64,000 bases of DNA from Eledone cirrhosa (lineage: Eukaryota), in NCBI GenBank assembly GCA_964016885.1, contig CAXHJY010000406.1, positions 3,726-67,725 of the forward strand. Reading direction: 5' to 3'. This document shows, piece after piece, positions 28,957 through 42,042 of the stretch. A program made the translations under genes and the position numbers. The notes beneath the pieces are model-generated. The model had not been told where the DNA came from, did no database searches, and was given only the letters and a program-made list of their open reading frames with translations. The stretch's first letter is position 1, and each line of letters opens with the position of its first letter.

Positions 28957-29499
28957 AATATATATATATAAATATATATATAAATATATATATATAAATA
29001 TATATATATAAATATATATATATAAATATATATATATAAATATATATATATAAATATATATATATAAATATATATATATAAATATATATATATAAATATA
29101 TATATATAAATATATATATATAAATATATATATATATAAATATATATATATAAATATATATATATATTTATATATACATATAAATATATATATATATTTA
29201 TATATACATATAAATATATATATATAAATATATATATATATAAATATAAATATATAAATATATATATATAAATATAAATATATATAGATATATATATAAA
29301 TAGATATATATATATAAATATAAATATATATAGATATATAAATATAGATATATAGATATATAAATATATATATATAGATATATAAATATATATATATAGA
29401 TATATAAATATATAGATATAGATATATAAATATATATATATAGATATATAAATATATATATATAGATATATAAATATATATATATAGATATATAAATAT

Positions 29500-29532
<33 letters not shown>

Positions 29533-29631
29533 AATATAAATATATATATATATATTTATATATAAATAAATATATATATATAAATGTATATAAATTATAG
29601 AATAATCAAAACTATGTTCAAAACATTTCAT

Positions 29632-29678
29632 TGCTGACAATTGTTTCTTCCAAACTTTCGTTTGGCATCATCGGAACA
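29632..29678 (-). ncRNA. Hammerhead ribozyme fold with variant core CCGATGA (family H2)
   Basis: Reverse complement reads TGTT-CCGATGA-TGCCAAAC-GAAA-GTTTGGAA-GAAA-CAATTG-TC-AGCA. Confidence 0.62.
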
Positions 29679-29852
29679 CTAGCAAAGATTAGACATAATT
29701 AACGTCCTATTTCACAGAACAATTGCAAAGATACATAGATATTAGTGTTGTCATTAACAGTGTCATGTTTAAAGAGTGAAGATGATGTGGTCAGTATCAG
29801 TGGGTGTGACAAATATTATAAAAGAATAATACAACAATGCTCAGTGATTCAT

Positions 29853-29954
29853 TGGCCTGATTTGCACATTAGCAGACTGGCTGATCAGTCAGATCTGCAT
29901 ATTAGCAGATCCACTGATCAGCCAGATTTGCATATCAGCAGACTGGCCAGTCAG
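29853..29954. repeat. Three diverged 33-bp tandem units
   Basis: GATTTGCACATTAGCAGA, GATCTGCATATTAGCAGA and GATTTGCATATCAGCAGA at 33-bp spacing. Confidence 0.7.
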
Positions 29955-29986
29955 TTTCCTGTACTCGAGCGATAAATGGCCGGCTT

Positions 29987-30052
29987 TGTTGGCATATGAA
30001 CAGAACTGCACCCAGAAACATTAGTGTCTGCAGTTCTGTTCACATGCCAACA
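29987..30052. other. 66-nt hairpin (24-bp stem, 18-nt loop)
   Basis: TGTTGGCATATGAACAGAACTGCA pairs with TGCAGTTCTGTTCACATGCCAACA with one mismatch. Confidence 0.8.
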
Positions 30053-30176
30053 CAAGAGCAAGAATGAAGGGTTCATTCTTCTGACATGGCTATAAAATTG
30101 TAAAATTGAGGCTTGTTTGCATAATTGCAAAGGAATCGAATGTTATTATTAATATTCGAAAAGTTCAGATTACAAT

Positions 30177-30213
<37 letters not shown>

Positions 30214-30539
30214 ACCCATGTCGGATGGTCTGTATCTCTCGTCCATGAATTCACCAAGCTTAAGCTTATAGATATCATGTACTTGTCTCTTCCTATCTTT
30301 CCGTTGCAATACCATCTTCGTTTGTTTACATGTCTCGCTCGCTTCACCCTATTTTACTTGTCCCAATAACTGTATTTAGTTATTGCTAACACCAACCAGA
30401 GGTATATGATTTTTAAAGCAATGAAATACCAATGAAGGTTGGAAGATCACTGATGAAGGACTAATTTTATTCATATGTAACCCATGTGCAACCACGCAGC
30501 ACTCCATTTTTCTTTATATATATATAAATATATGTTGAA

Positions 30540-31000
30540 ATCGATACGAGACTGGGTATAGACATGAGCGACGAGTCATCTTTTCCCTCACACATCATGA
30601 AAATGGCAACAATGTGCAGACGACTCGCTGGCTTGGTCTTGAGGACTTTCCAGACAAGAGAACGCGAGACCATGTTGACACTATGGAGGATATTTGTCCT
30701 AAGCCACCTGGACTATTGCTCCCAGCTGTGGTCATCCCATAGTGTCAAACTAACCACGGAGCTTGAGGCAATCCAGCGAAGCTACACCAAGAGGATTGCG
30801 ATGATGAAGGAGATAAGCTACTGAGAGAAGCTAAAAGGAATGAACCTCTACTCCTTGGAACGAAGATGGTAGAGATACGCAGTGATCTACATGTGGAAAA
30901 TCCTGAAGGGACTAGCACCAAACTTTGGCATTGGGAGCTGGACCAACCCCACCGAACAGGACGTCACTGTGTAGTGCCAAAGGTCCTGTCTTCCACATAC
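30540..31000 (+). mobile_element. CR1-type LINE RT C-terminal fragment (same family as 53068-57400)
   Basis: LGIDMSD...LDYCSQLWS...[12 protein letters not shown]. Confidence 0.88.
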
Positions 31001-31720
31001 AGCACTTTATTCACCGCATGCAGTTCTCTGGTTATAACCAAAGAGACAGGATCAGGGTGTACAAAGGAGCTATGGCTAAATTCAAAACCACTATGGAGAA
31101 TGATATGAATGGGATTTTCCCACGATACAGGAGCAAATCATGCAATAGCATAGAAAGGACTAAGAAAAAGATAGGTAAGGCCAGCTCATGGTATAACAGC
31201 CAAAATTATCAGAGTGTCATGTTCGTCGATGCTATCCCTAGAGGCAAACTAGCGTTTCACTTCGGAAGAGCTTTAGAAAAAATGAACCTTTGGATTAAAG
31301 TAGAAAAACCAAAAGCTCCCATAAAATCCAGGATCAGTAGGACATACCTCTTTAAGAAAAAACACTGTAGTGATATAAACTGTATAGTCTGTAAGATAAG
31401 CACAGAGATAAACTGTAAAACTAGAAATGTAATCTCTAGGATATGATGTACAGAGGGACAATGTATAAAGATAATGACATACATAGGAGAGGTAGCCTGA
31501 TTAAAGAAACACTGGTGAGAATTTAAGGAGGAGAAAAGCTCATCAGAACTATACCAACATGCAAAACTAGAACACAAAGTCTCAATAGATAACATAGAAA
31601 TAAAGATCTATCCATACATAGACTGACGCAACTCTCAGACAAATTACAGAAATTACTCATAATAAAAGATAGTCGTAGCCTGAAGAGAAAACACTAGTGG
31701 AATAGTAACAACTACCAACA
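31000..31720 (+). mobile_element. Degenerate Penelope-like fragment (RT thumb/linker, Cys cluster, GIY-YIG)
   Basis: RMQFSGY...VMFVDAIPRGKLA...CSDINCIVCKISTEINCKTRNV, then across stops TYIGE...SELYQHAKLEH...LRQITE. Confidence 0.75.
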
Positions 31721-32085
31721 TGATGACTGAAGACAGAATAAAGTCACAAACAAGAAAAAAAAACAGACATTAAAACAGCAAATGATACAAAGTCACACAG
31801 ACATGACAAACAAAAACACACACACAGACACAAACACATGCACGGACACAAAACACAAAAAAAAATGCACCACAAAACAAAGACAAGATGGAGTAGAAGT
31901 TTAAGATCAGGAAAAAAAAGGAAGCACAAAACATAACCATTGAGGGGGTCACAGAATGCGTGACAAAAGAACTTTGATAAACACATAAATAACGAACAAT
32001 AAAGATACAGTGAAAATTATATGGTGCATGTGTTTCTTTCTATTGGCAATATGATCACACACCCCCCCCCCCCCCCAAATATAAC

Positions 32086-32116
<31 letters not shown>

Positions 32117-33039
32117 GTTAAAAAAATGAAATGAATCCAGAGATGAAGCAAAATCCAAAAGGACAAGTAAGGTTTTTTTTAATTTTTTTTTTATTTCAAA
32201 GCCATTTTTAAACAATGATAATTATAATAGGTGAAAATGATTTTCAAAAGGAAGTCTGATCTTGTAAACCATAATTAAAGTTTTTTGTGTTTTTTTTAGT
32301 GTTTTACTTTCTAAAAAAGGCAAAGCTAGTTTTTCTATTGTGCTGTTTTTATAAACAACATGACAAGAGACAATCATGGTAAAGTTTGAAATAAATAAAA
32401 ATGAAGAGCAAAACCACTTGGCAAGGGAAGGAGGCTAATTTGTAACATAAATAATTAACAAAATTAGAATTAATTAAATCTGTTAAGTTGGTTTGGATTT
32501 ATTGGACAATTTGTAAGTCACTGAAAAACCCAAACTCAAATCATGCTGTACATTAATATTTTCCAAAGTTGGTTCAAAGGAATGCCAGTGTTCTATGAGA
32601 TAAGGTGTCTTTCAATAAAATTTTATTTAAAAAAAAATTATGAAACCTTTTTTTCATATGAATAAGGTGATGGGGATGGTCTATTGGTCTATAAAAAAAA
32701 GTATGGTTCTGCATGACAAAATAAACTTAGGAATCACTGGCCTACAACATCAGGTGAATGCAGGTTGCACCAATTTATACAGAAGAAATGAGTTAACCTG
32801 AAAAATACATTCTTGAATCACAAATACATAGCCACTTTGCAGCACAATGTAGTAATACAAAATTCTACTGTTTCTACCTTACTCAAAATAATTGCCAAAG
32901 ATGATCTTTCTCAATGTGAAATGCTCAGATTCCATGAAATAGGGCATCTTTTAATAAAACTTGATAAAAATCTATCATGATTTTGATATGAATAAATAAT
33001 CCTCTCTCTAAAACAATATTGAATTGATGGGCGTGACGA

Positions 33040-35235
33040 GTAGTGTCAATATGCCAGTGAAGGACAAAAGCGGTAAGACATTGACCACTGGAGCAGAACA
33101 AGACCAGAGATTGATGGAGCACTTCCGGGAGACGCTGAACCAACCAGCTCCATTCACCCTGAGAGACTCCAACAATCACTGCAGTACTCAAAGTCTGCAA
33201 GGACCAAATCACCAAGCACGAGACGAGAGATGCAATCAACAACTTAAAGAACAGCAAAGCGTGCAGATGAGATCTGCACACAGTTCCTCAAATTTGGTGA
33301 AGATAGCATAACAGCATTGACAAACTTGATAAACTGCTGCAGGAGGGTCGGTCAAGTTCCTCTTGAGTGGCAGTGTGGTTTCATCGTCAAACTGCGAAAG
33401 AAGGGAAACCTGGCCGACTGCAACAACTGGTGTGGCATCACATTGCTGTCAGTCTCAGGCAAGACTTTCTGCACTGTCGACTCTGACAAGCTGTCGACTG
33501 TGCTCCTGGAAAAATAAGCTGGATTCCAAAACAACCGATCTTGCACTGAACAGTCCTTCACACTACACAACATCCTTGCACTGAACAGTCCTTCATACTA
33601 CACAACATCCTTGAACAGTGTTGAACTCCAGCAACTTTTGGCAGTCAACTTCATTGATTTCCAGAAGGCGTTTGACAGAATGCACCAGGAATTGCCAAAA
33701 AGACCAAGGTGATGAGAACAGCCAACAACACAGGTCCAGCAATCAGAGTCAACGAACAAGACCTGGAAAAAGTCGATCACTTCACATATCTGGGCAGTAT
33801 CCTGGTAAACAATGGTGATGCAGAGCTCGACATCAACTGTCGGATCGGCAAAGGAGCCGCAGTTTTCCAGCGGTTGCACCCAGTCTGGTCGTCTTCATGC
33901 ATCAACACCAGGACTAAACTGCCCCTGTACAACAGCATCGTACTGCCGACAGTGCTTAACATGAGCAAAACCTGGAAGAGCACGACAAAGATGGAGAGCT
34001 GAATGCATTCCACCAGCGGGGCCTGCAAATGATCCTTCGTGTGATGGCGCGACCGAGTGTGAAACGAGGAAATTCTGTGGAGAGCCGAGTTGTGAATGCT
34101 GCAGAGGATGGTCACGGAACACCGATACCACCTGGCTGGCCATATTTAGCGCCTGTCCAACAAACGATACTCGAAAACGGTGATGAACTGTACTCCCTTG
34201 GTGGCAAACGGAAGCGGGGTTGCTCCAGGATCACCTGGTGATGAACTGTACTCCCTTGGTGGCAAACGGAAGCGGGGTTGCTCCAGGATCACCTGGTGAT
34301 GAACTGTACTCCCTTGGTGGCAAACGGAAGCGGGGTTGCTCCAGGATCACCTGGTGATGAACTGTACTCCCTTGGTGGCAAACGGAAGCGGGGTTGCTCC
34401 AGGATCACCTGGTGATGAACTGTACTCCCTTGGTGGCAAACGGAAGCGGGGTTGCTCCAGGATCACCTGGTGATGAACTGTACTCCCTTGGTGGCAAACG
34501 GAAGCGGGGTTGCTCCAGGATCACCTGGTGATGAACTGTACTCCCTTGGTGGCAAACGGAAGCGGGGTTGCTCCAGGATCACCTGGTGATGAACTGTACT
34601 CCCTTGGTGGCAAACGGAAGCGGGGTTGCTCCAGGATCACCTGGTGATGAACTGTACTCCCTTGGTGGCAAACGGAAGCGGGGTTGCTCCAGGATCACCT
34701 GGTGATGAACTGTACTCCCTTGGTGGCAAACGGAAGCGGGGTTGCTCCAGGATCACCTGGTGATGAACTGTACTCCCTTGGTGGCAAACGGAAGCGGGGT
34801 TGCTCCAGGATCACCTGGTGATGAACTGTACTCCCTTGGTGGCAAACGGAAGCGGGGTTGCTCCAGGATCACCTGGTGATGAACTGTACTCCCTTGGTGG
34901 CAAACGGAAGCGGGGTTGCTCCAGGATCACCTGGTGATGAACTGTACTCCCTTGGTGGCAAACGGAAGCGGGGTTGCTCCAGGATCACCTGGTGATGAAC
35001 TGTACTCCCTTGGTGGCAAACGGAAGCGGGGTTGCCCCAGGATCACCTGGTGATGAACTGTACTCCCTTGGTGGCAAACGGAAGCAGGGTTGCTCCAGGA
35101 TCACCTGGTGACGAATGTTCCCAAAAGACCTGATGGCAGTCAACATCACTTGGCACAAACGCGAAAAAGCCACCACTGATGTGATTGTTGATGACTACTT
35201 ACTGCTCAATGCACCGAGGAACCAAAGACTAAGAT
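33040..35235 (+). mobile_element. Heavily degenerate RTE-clade LINE with internal deletions
   Basis: KKGNLADCNNWCGITLLS, GFQNNRSC, FIDFQKAFD, HFTYLGS and RIGK motifs appear in broken frames. Confidence 0.85.
34179..35111. repeat. Minisatellite of 16 x 58 bp inside the RTE 3' coding region
   Basis: Unit GGTGATGAACTGTACTCCCTTGGTGGCAAACGGAAGCGGGGTTGCTCCAGGATCACCT, starting at 34179, 34237, 34295 and so on; two substitutions seen, in the last two units. Confidence 0.97.
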
Positions 35236-35499
35236 ATATAGCATTTAACTATTGCTTTCCTTGCTCATGATAGACCAAGTCAGTATATAATTGATGTTAC
35301 AGATACCCGAAACAGACAGGAGCCCTGCATCTTGTTTAAATAGGTGTACATTTTATCACAACCACAACATTTTTGTAAATTTTCATTGAATCTATCTGTG
35401 ATTTACACTCCATTGAAATAGATTAAGAGATACTCTAGAGTTCATGTGTTTTGTCAAAACACACATACACAGATACACAGATACACACAAACCAACATA

Positions 35500-35672
35500 A
35501 GGTAGTGAATTGTTATGGTTTCGGTTTAAATATGTTGTGGTATTTATTCAGGCTCTGTGCTCTGAGTTCAAATTTTATGGTGATCAACTTTGTCTTTCAT
35601 GGCAGTGGAATGGCTGAATTGTTAGCGATGCTTTTTGTATCATTTCAAATATTTTGCATTTGAAATTCAAAT
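35500..35672 (+). mobile_element. Degenerate tRNA-derived SINE fragments
   Basis: B-box-like GAGTTCAAAT followed by TCAACTTTGTCTTTCAT, related to 45545-45652. Confidence 0.45.
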
Positions 35673-36160
35673 AATGTACTCAATACAAGGTTTTATTCAT
35701 TTATTGGTATTACAGAAAGAGACAGAAAGAGATGGACAGAGACGTGGGATGGGGTAAAGGCCTCCACCACCTACACATTCAACAAATGGAATATATTCAG
35801 TACAAAACAAGTTGAAAGATTTGTGAACTATTGAGGTCACTGAGCTGAAAATAATAGCAGAGACATGACTTTGACAATCCCATTTATGAAGTTGTTTGTG
35901 GTGGCTCTGTGACTATGATAGTAGCAATGATAGTGGTGGTAGGAGTAGACAAAGTAGTGGCATTGGTGGAGTGGTGGTTTAAGTATCACTGATAAGATGA
36001 AGTGGAGAAGTGGTGGTGGCAGGGATAGTAATCACAATAGCAGTGATTGTATAGTGACTGTGATAGTAATGATAATGGTGGCAATAGTAAAGTAGCATTA
36101 ATATTTTTCAATGAAAGAATCTTTCAGTTACCATCAGAATCAATCAGTTACCAGTGTATT

Positions 36161-36211
<51 letters not shown>

Positions 36212-36213
<2 letters not shown>

Positions 36214-38575
36214 ATGGAAAAATTTGAACAGGGACAAAACAGAGAGGCAGTACAATAAATGTTTATTAATTTCACGCTCAGGAGAGTGGGGGGTAGGTGG
36301 GGGACGACGTTTCGGGCATAAGCCCTTCCTCAGGTGAGAAGTGTGTGGGAACAGAGTTCAAAAGGTGTGTAGGGGAGTGGTGGAGAGACATATAGCGAAA
36401 GGAAACGGTGCGAATGAAAAATTAACAAATAAAGATAAAAAATAAAAATAAAGCATGATCAAAATACAAGGAATGAGAAAATTTAAAAATAAAGGCATGA
36501 TCAAAATAAACTGAAATTAAAAGGGGGGTAAACAGGTGGTGGAAGGGTGTGGGGTGAGTAGGAGTGGTGGCGGGTGGAGTGGGGAGAGGGAGACGGGGTG
36601 TCCGAGCGGGGATGGCTGAAGGTGGTGTGTGTGTGTGTAGGTGTGCGTGTGCGTGTGTGTGTGTGAAAGTAAGGGTTGGGGGAAGAACGGGGTTGCATGT
36701 TCAGGAAGAGGTGTGTGTGGGGAGTGTTTTTGTGGATCGGAGTGTCTGTGCGTGTGTGGATAGGGGGGTGGGGGGAGAGGAATCAGGAGGCTGAGGGTGT
36801 AAATATGTGGTGGGAAGCACGTGTGTGTGGGGTTTAAGCGTGTTGTGGTGTGGGTGGCGTGTGGAGAAAAAAATTTTTTTGGGATGTGTGTGGGTGAGTT
36901 ATATAGGTGATGACGTAAAAGGATGGTTGAAAAGTTGGTAAGTTCCAAGGATGTTTGGAGGATTGGTTATAAGTCAATTTCTGCGTGTGGGTAATCCATG
37001 AAGCGGTGGTCGGAAGAGGAGAGATGTGGGGTGCGCGCACAACAGGAAGTGGTCAGCAGTGGGAGTGCTGTGGTCTGTTGGTGCTGGGAGGTGGTCAGAA
37101 GGGCATAGCAGCAGTCGGTGGAATGGTAAGGGGGCGAGGATGGGTAGGTGTGAAAGTTGGAGTGAGGAGGGTGTGTGTGTGTGTGTGTGTATATTAGTAG
37201 GGGTGTTAGTGGGATGAGTGAGTGTGGAGCGGGGGTGTGGGTGGAGCGGGGAGAGAAGGGTGTGTGTGGTTCTATGGAGGGAGTGTGGTGTACTGGTGTG
37301 TGTGTAGTTTGGTGAAGAGGTGTTAGTGGGTGTTAGTATACGGGAGGTGGGGAGGGGTTGAATGCAGGTGTGAGTGGGGGTTAGTGGTGGTAGGGTGTGT
37401 AGAGTTGGTGGTGTACGAGGGTGTGTGGGTACGTGTGCATGGGGTTGGGGGTGTTAGTGATGTTAGTTGCGTGTGGGGTGGGTGGTGTAAGTGGGTGCGT
37501 GTGTGCGTGTGATAAGGAGGGGGGAGGAGGAGAAGAGGGGAGGGAAGGGATGTTAGTATGTTAGTTGGGGAAGGGTGGTCAGATGAGGGGAGGAGTGGAG
37601 GTGTTAGTATTGTTAGTGTGGGGTGGGCGGTGAAAAGGAGGGGTGTGTTAGTGGTGTTAGTGGGGGATAAGTGTGTGTGTGGGGGGGGGGTCGAACGCTA
37701 AAGGAATAAGGGTGGGGAGTTCAGGCCGGGGGGAGTGTGGGTCTGTAAGATGAAGATAGTGCGTTGTTCGACCGTAAGGCGATGGGCGGGTGTTCCGTGG
37801 CACTGGAGTAGGCCACAGACTGTGAGATGGCGTGCGGAGTGTCCAGGGCCACCAAAGTGGCGGGCGATGGGGGAACTGCCCCCGAGACGAATATCCCGGA
37901 GGTGCTCCGTGACTCGGTCCGCCAGGCGACATCCCGTCTGTCCGACATAAGTCGCGCTGCACTCCGTGCAACAAAGTCCGTAGACTAGGTTGGAGGAGGT
38001 GCAGCGGAAGGCATGCCGGACCGAGAGAGAGTGGCCGTTGGGACCCTGGAAGGTGGTGGTGTTGGTGATGTGGGGACAGGTGTTGCAGCGGGGCCTAGAA
38101 CAGGGAAAGGAACCGGGGGGGGGGGAACAGAGCGTGGGTTGGGGGGTAGGGAGCTGTGGACGAGGAGGGTGCGGAGATTGCGTGCGCGTTTGAAGGAGGG
38201 GAGTGGTGGGGTTGGGAAGATGTGGGAGGTGGAGGGGTCGGACTGGAGGCGTCAGAAGAGGCGGCGGATGGTGCGGTGGAGGGGTAAGGTGGAGGGGTGG
38301 TAGGTGATGGGGAGACGGTGGGTGGGTGTGCGGTGGCGTGGGGTGAGGGTGGTGGAGCGGGGGATAGCACGGGCGCAGGTGAGAGCGGTGTAGACGAGAG
38401 AGGGGGGGTAACCTCTGCGGATGAAATGGCTGACTAGGGAAAGGGCCTGGGACTCGAAGTCAGCATCACGGCTACAGAGGTGGCGGATCCTGAGAAGTTG
38501 GGAGTAGGGAATGGAGTGTTTAGTGTGGGAGGTGGGAAGAGGTGAAGTCGAGGTAAGAGTGGGAGTCGGTGGGTT
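36212..38575 (-). mobile_element. 5'-truncated Penelope-like element (Neptune-type): RT thumb, C-x4-C-x2-C linker, GIY-YIG ending at 37698, long CA/C-rich 3' UTR, hammerhead-like motif
   Basis: SIPYSQLLRIRHLCS...RGYP...ITYHP...FKRARNLR...CSRPRCNTC...NLVYGLCCTECSATYVGQTG...EHL...PPGLN, with a stop and frameshifts. Confidence 0.9.
36303..36333 (-). ncRNA. Hammerhead-like core without an obvious stem I
   Basis: Reverse complement reads CTGAGGA-A-GGGC-TTAT-GCCC-GAAA-CGTCG-TC; the flanks do not pair. Confidence 0.5.
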
Positions 38576-38589
38576 TGCTCTTTCTCTCA

Positions 38590-40221
38590 TATAAAACAAC
38601 TTAAGCTGGGCCACTCATATAAACAACAAAGTTGGCATGTCCTGCAGAATGTGTTCCTGGGTTCTCAGAACTTTCCAGTGGGGGAATTTCCACACCATTA
38701 TCCTTCTCTCCTCTACTTTTGCCCCACCTCACCTTGAATATTGTTGTCCACTGTGGTCCCCCCACATGAAACAAAGTATCATGAAAATTGAAGCTCCTCA
38801 AATATCAATCACAAAAAAGATATCTTTCTTTATTTGCCACAGGGGCGTACAAAAATGGGACATTACAAGACATGACGGCAGGGGTTTTACATAAAATCTT
38901 TAACAATGATAAATAACAATAAACTATATAAAAATAAAACAATTAAAATCCCCATTATAAAACAACCCTCAACACCAGGAACACATTTTGTAGGTGTTCC
39001 TGTCTTCCCTCTGTTTATCTTCCTCAACTTACAGGTTTATATACAGAGAAGTCCCATTCACTCGGGCCATTTTCGCCACATTCACCCACCGTTCAGCGAA
39101 TTTACTGGGGTGTAGCACCTCTCTCTCCACTCTCACCTTCCTTCTGAAGTGGTACTTAAAGAAGGGGATGAGTTGTTGTCCGGAGAGAAAGGTGTTTGCA
39201 CTCAGTCCTTTTAACCTCGTCCACCATATTACCTCTTTCGCCATAGCCACCAGACAGAGGCAGACCGCCTCTCCTTCATTCTTAAATGAAGGCGGTGGGG
39301 TGATCCTCACGATGGACTCGGCTGACAACTGGATGCGTCCCACACGTGACAGTAGCTGTTCGACATAATTCCACAGGTCGGTCACCCCTGGGCACTGAAC
39401 AATTGCATGCAGAACGGTTTCGATGTCCTGCTTGCACCAAGATCTCTGCCAGGGCATCCGTGCCTGTAGATTTTGTCTCGAACTGGTAGAGCTCCTCGGT
39501 AGCACTACCAGGCCAGAGACCCTTGGAAGTTATCAATAGAACCAGGGTGGAAAGTCCTCCCGAACAGACTGGTCAGTTCGTCTTCCTCGATGCCTAGAGT
39601 TTCCCCGAGAACATCATCGCACTTATCCTCCACTAATCCCCTATAGAATGTCAAAGTGGAGTCTCTGCTGATTGCCGTTTCTGCTTGGTAGAGGGCTGTG
39701 AGCGCCTGAAGGTACTTGAGGTGCCATATAGATGGCATGACAGGCCTTGAATATTGGGGTCAATTAGAAAAGTTCAACCTTTATTCTCTTCTACGTCGCC
39801 GTGAGCACTACATTATCTGCATGATGTGGAAAATATTCCATCAGCATTGCCCAAATGATGTTGGCATCACCTTTAAACTACACCTAAGGCTCGGGCCCCG
39901 TGCTATCCGCCCACAACAAAAATCACACTCGCACATGACAACAATACGACACAATCATTTCACCTCAATTGGCCCCGTTCTCATTAACATTACACCAAAA
40001 CACACTAAAACAGAAACAGACTCAATAAAATTAAAAAAAGTCTTTGGACAAATTCCTTCAAGAAATCCCAGATAAACCTCCTAAACCTGGATATGTCTCA
40101 GTAAACAATAACTCTCTACTTGAGTGGGTCATGGTGTCCAAATCCTGATTTGAAAGACTTCGCCAGGTGGTGCTATTGAGTAAGACATGGCCTGGGCCAA
40201 TACTGGCCAAAACCTATCAAA
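38590..40221 (+). mobile_element. 3' part of a CR1-type LINE of another family, split by a nested insertion at 38823-39727
   Basis: PHLEYCCPLWSPH...ITKKI continues after the insert as DGMTGLEYWGQLEKFNLYSLLRRRE. Confidence 0.85.
38823..39727 (-). mobile_element. L1/Tx1-clade LINE 3' fragment (C-terminal CCHC knuckle region and 3' UTR)
   Basis: ALPVRDK...WCKQDIETVLHAIVQCP...LW motif; A-rich 3' end AAATAAAGAAAGA; ATA on both sides. Confidence 0.75.
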
Positions 40222-40224
40222 GGT

Positions 40225-41590
40225 GAAAGCCATGCTGAGTGCTAGTTAGACGGTACATTTTCCTCAAAGAACGTGATTAGTTTCTTTTTGATGATTTGTC
40301 CCATGACCTTACTGATACGTGACGTCAGGGAGACTGGCCTGTAGTTTTTAGCCTCTGGTCCGTTTCCTCCATTATGGCTAGGACATATGTCTTCTTTTAA
40401 CTCACTGGGTAGTTTACCCCTACGTAGCCAGTCAGAGAACCTCTGAAGAGGATCTTCATTGGTCTTGCTAAGGCATGCTTGCATGTTTTAATCAGGATTA
40501 CTGGGAATGCATCAGGTTCAGCAGCTGACTTAGCTCTCATTTCTTCTATGGCAGATATCACATCTTCCTCCATTATGTTTATGTGGTTGATGGCAGCCAT
40601 TTCTTCATGGAGTGCTGTGATATCAAAGAATTCCTCTGGCTTTCTTATATGCATGTGCCTCATTGCGGATGTGAAAACACTTTTGTATTTTTCATTCAGT
40701 ATCTCACTTATCCCTTAAGGATCCTCGGTTAATGAACCATTTTTATAGAAAAGTGACCCAACCTTGCAGTGTACCAAGGCAGTTTCTTTTGTAAATTTAA
40801 AGATGGGTTTAGGGTCTGTTTTAATATTTTATATGGCCCTGGCTTCTCTCTCTGCCCTCTCTGTTTCATAGGAAAGTTTGAGTGCAGTTTCAATTTCAAG
40901 CAATGCCTGTTTCAGATAGGGTTCCTTGTTCTTCTGTTGTGCATTTAACAGGTTTGAGATCTTTGTTCTTCATATCATAAGGATTTTCCTATCTCTGAGA
41001 ATAACATTTTTGTCTGTTGGCCTTTGTTTCCAGTACAAACCTACAGCATATAGCTTGTATTGTTGTCGTGAAATGTTGAAATTGCGCATTAGTGTCTTGT
41101 GTGGAGATTTCACTCCAGTTTTACTTCCGGATCTTTTCCAGTTAGCCTTATGAAAGTTTAGGCTGGATAGATTCCTGGTGCTTCCTATTGGTTGTGTCTC
41201 TACTGACTCTCTTCGACAATATATCATTAGTTCAACTATGATCCAAGAAAATCGGTGTCATCTTTACATTGTGGATAAGCACTGAGTTATTTGTAAAGCA
41301 GAGATCCAGAACATTCTCACCTCTTGTTGGGTGTAGTACTACTTGCTCCATGAACAGATTGTTTGTGAGGTCCAAAGGGGTCCTGTCTGTTCAAATGTTG
41401 TCATTCCTGAGAGGAGGTGGCCTTCAGGTTATTTGACCTTGGGAAGGTTAAAGTCTTCTAGCAGCAGTACATTGGGACTGATCCAGTTTGTAAAGGACTT
41501 CTTCCATCTTTCAGGGGCTATCTTCAAACTTACTTTTATGACTAGGGGCATCTGGTGGACAACATGCGACATTACCATTTTCAGTTGCTT
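40225..41590 (-). mobile_element. Degenerate internal fragment of a CR1-type LINE (end of APE to start of RT), related to 53068-57400
   Basis: [25 protein letters not shown] and FNLPKVK homologies with many frameshifts. Confidence 0.85.
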
Positions 41591-41722
41591 TACATATTAT
41601 ATATACACACACATATCTGGTTCCTCAAGCCTCTCAGCAACGGACCACACACACACACATTTACAACATTCTTTGGTATTGAGAACTTTTTCTCCGTGTT
41701 TGCAAATTTCTCAGAGAGGGAG

Positions 41723-41756
<34 letters not shown>

Positions 41757-42042
41757 CACTGAATAAAAGTGATATTATTCTATGCATTGAAGCATTGAGT
41801 ACTTAACTTTGTATCTATACATAAGACACATTCTCAGAAACAAACATGCAGGATTATATCTACACACACACATTATATACATATCCATATCAGAACAATG
41901 TGACTATATAAGTACATTGATTACCTTCAATATAGGTTGAATGTTTAATATATAAGTCAGCATGTGGGAAGGTGTATAGAGATATGCATTGTGTAGGTGG
42001 ACAAAACACAATCTCTGCCAGTTATTATTATTTACATATATA

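Noticed and set aside
30448-30475. CTGATGA as a hammerhead core
   Set aside because: No stem II closure or GAAA follows; at most a deleted relic.
31938-31975. TTGAGGG-G-GTCAC...GTGAC-AAAA downstream of the PLE fragment
   Set aside because: Its position suits a decayed hammerhead, but several core positions are wrong.
32587-32830. Possible hAT-like MITE or host exon with a minus-strand TTTTTCAG acceptor
   Set aside because: The terminal repeats match poorly, there is no TSD, the frames close quickly and no donor is evident.
34179-35111. CRISPR array or tandem hammerhead (retrozyme) array
   Set aside because: Units are head-to-tail with no unique spacers and derive from LINE coding sequence. 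GTGATGA...GCAAAC lacks the hammerhead core and stems.
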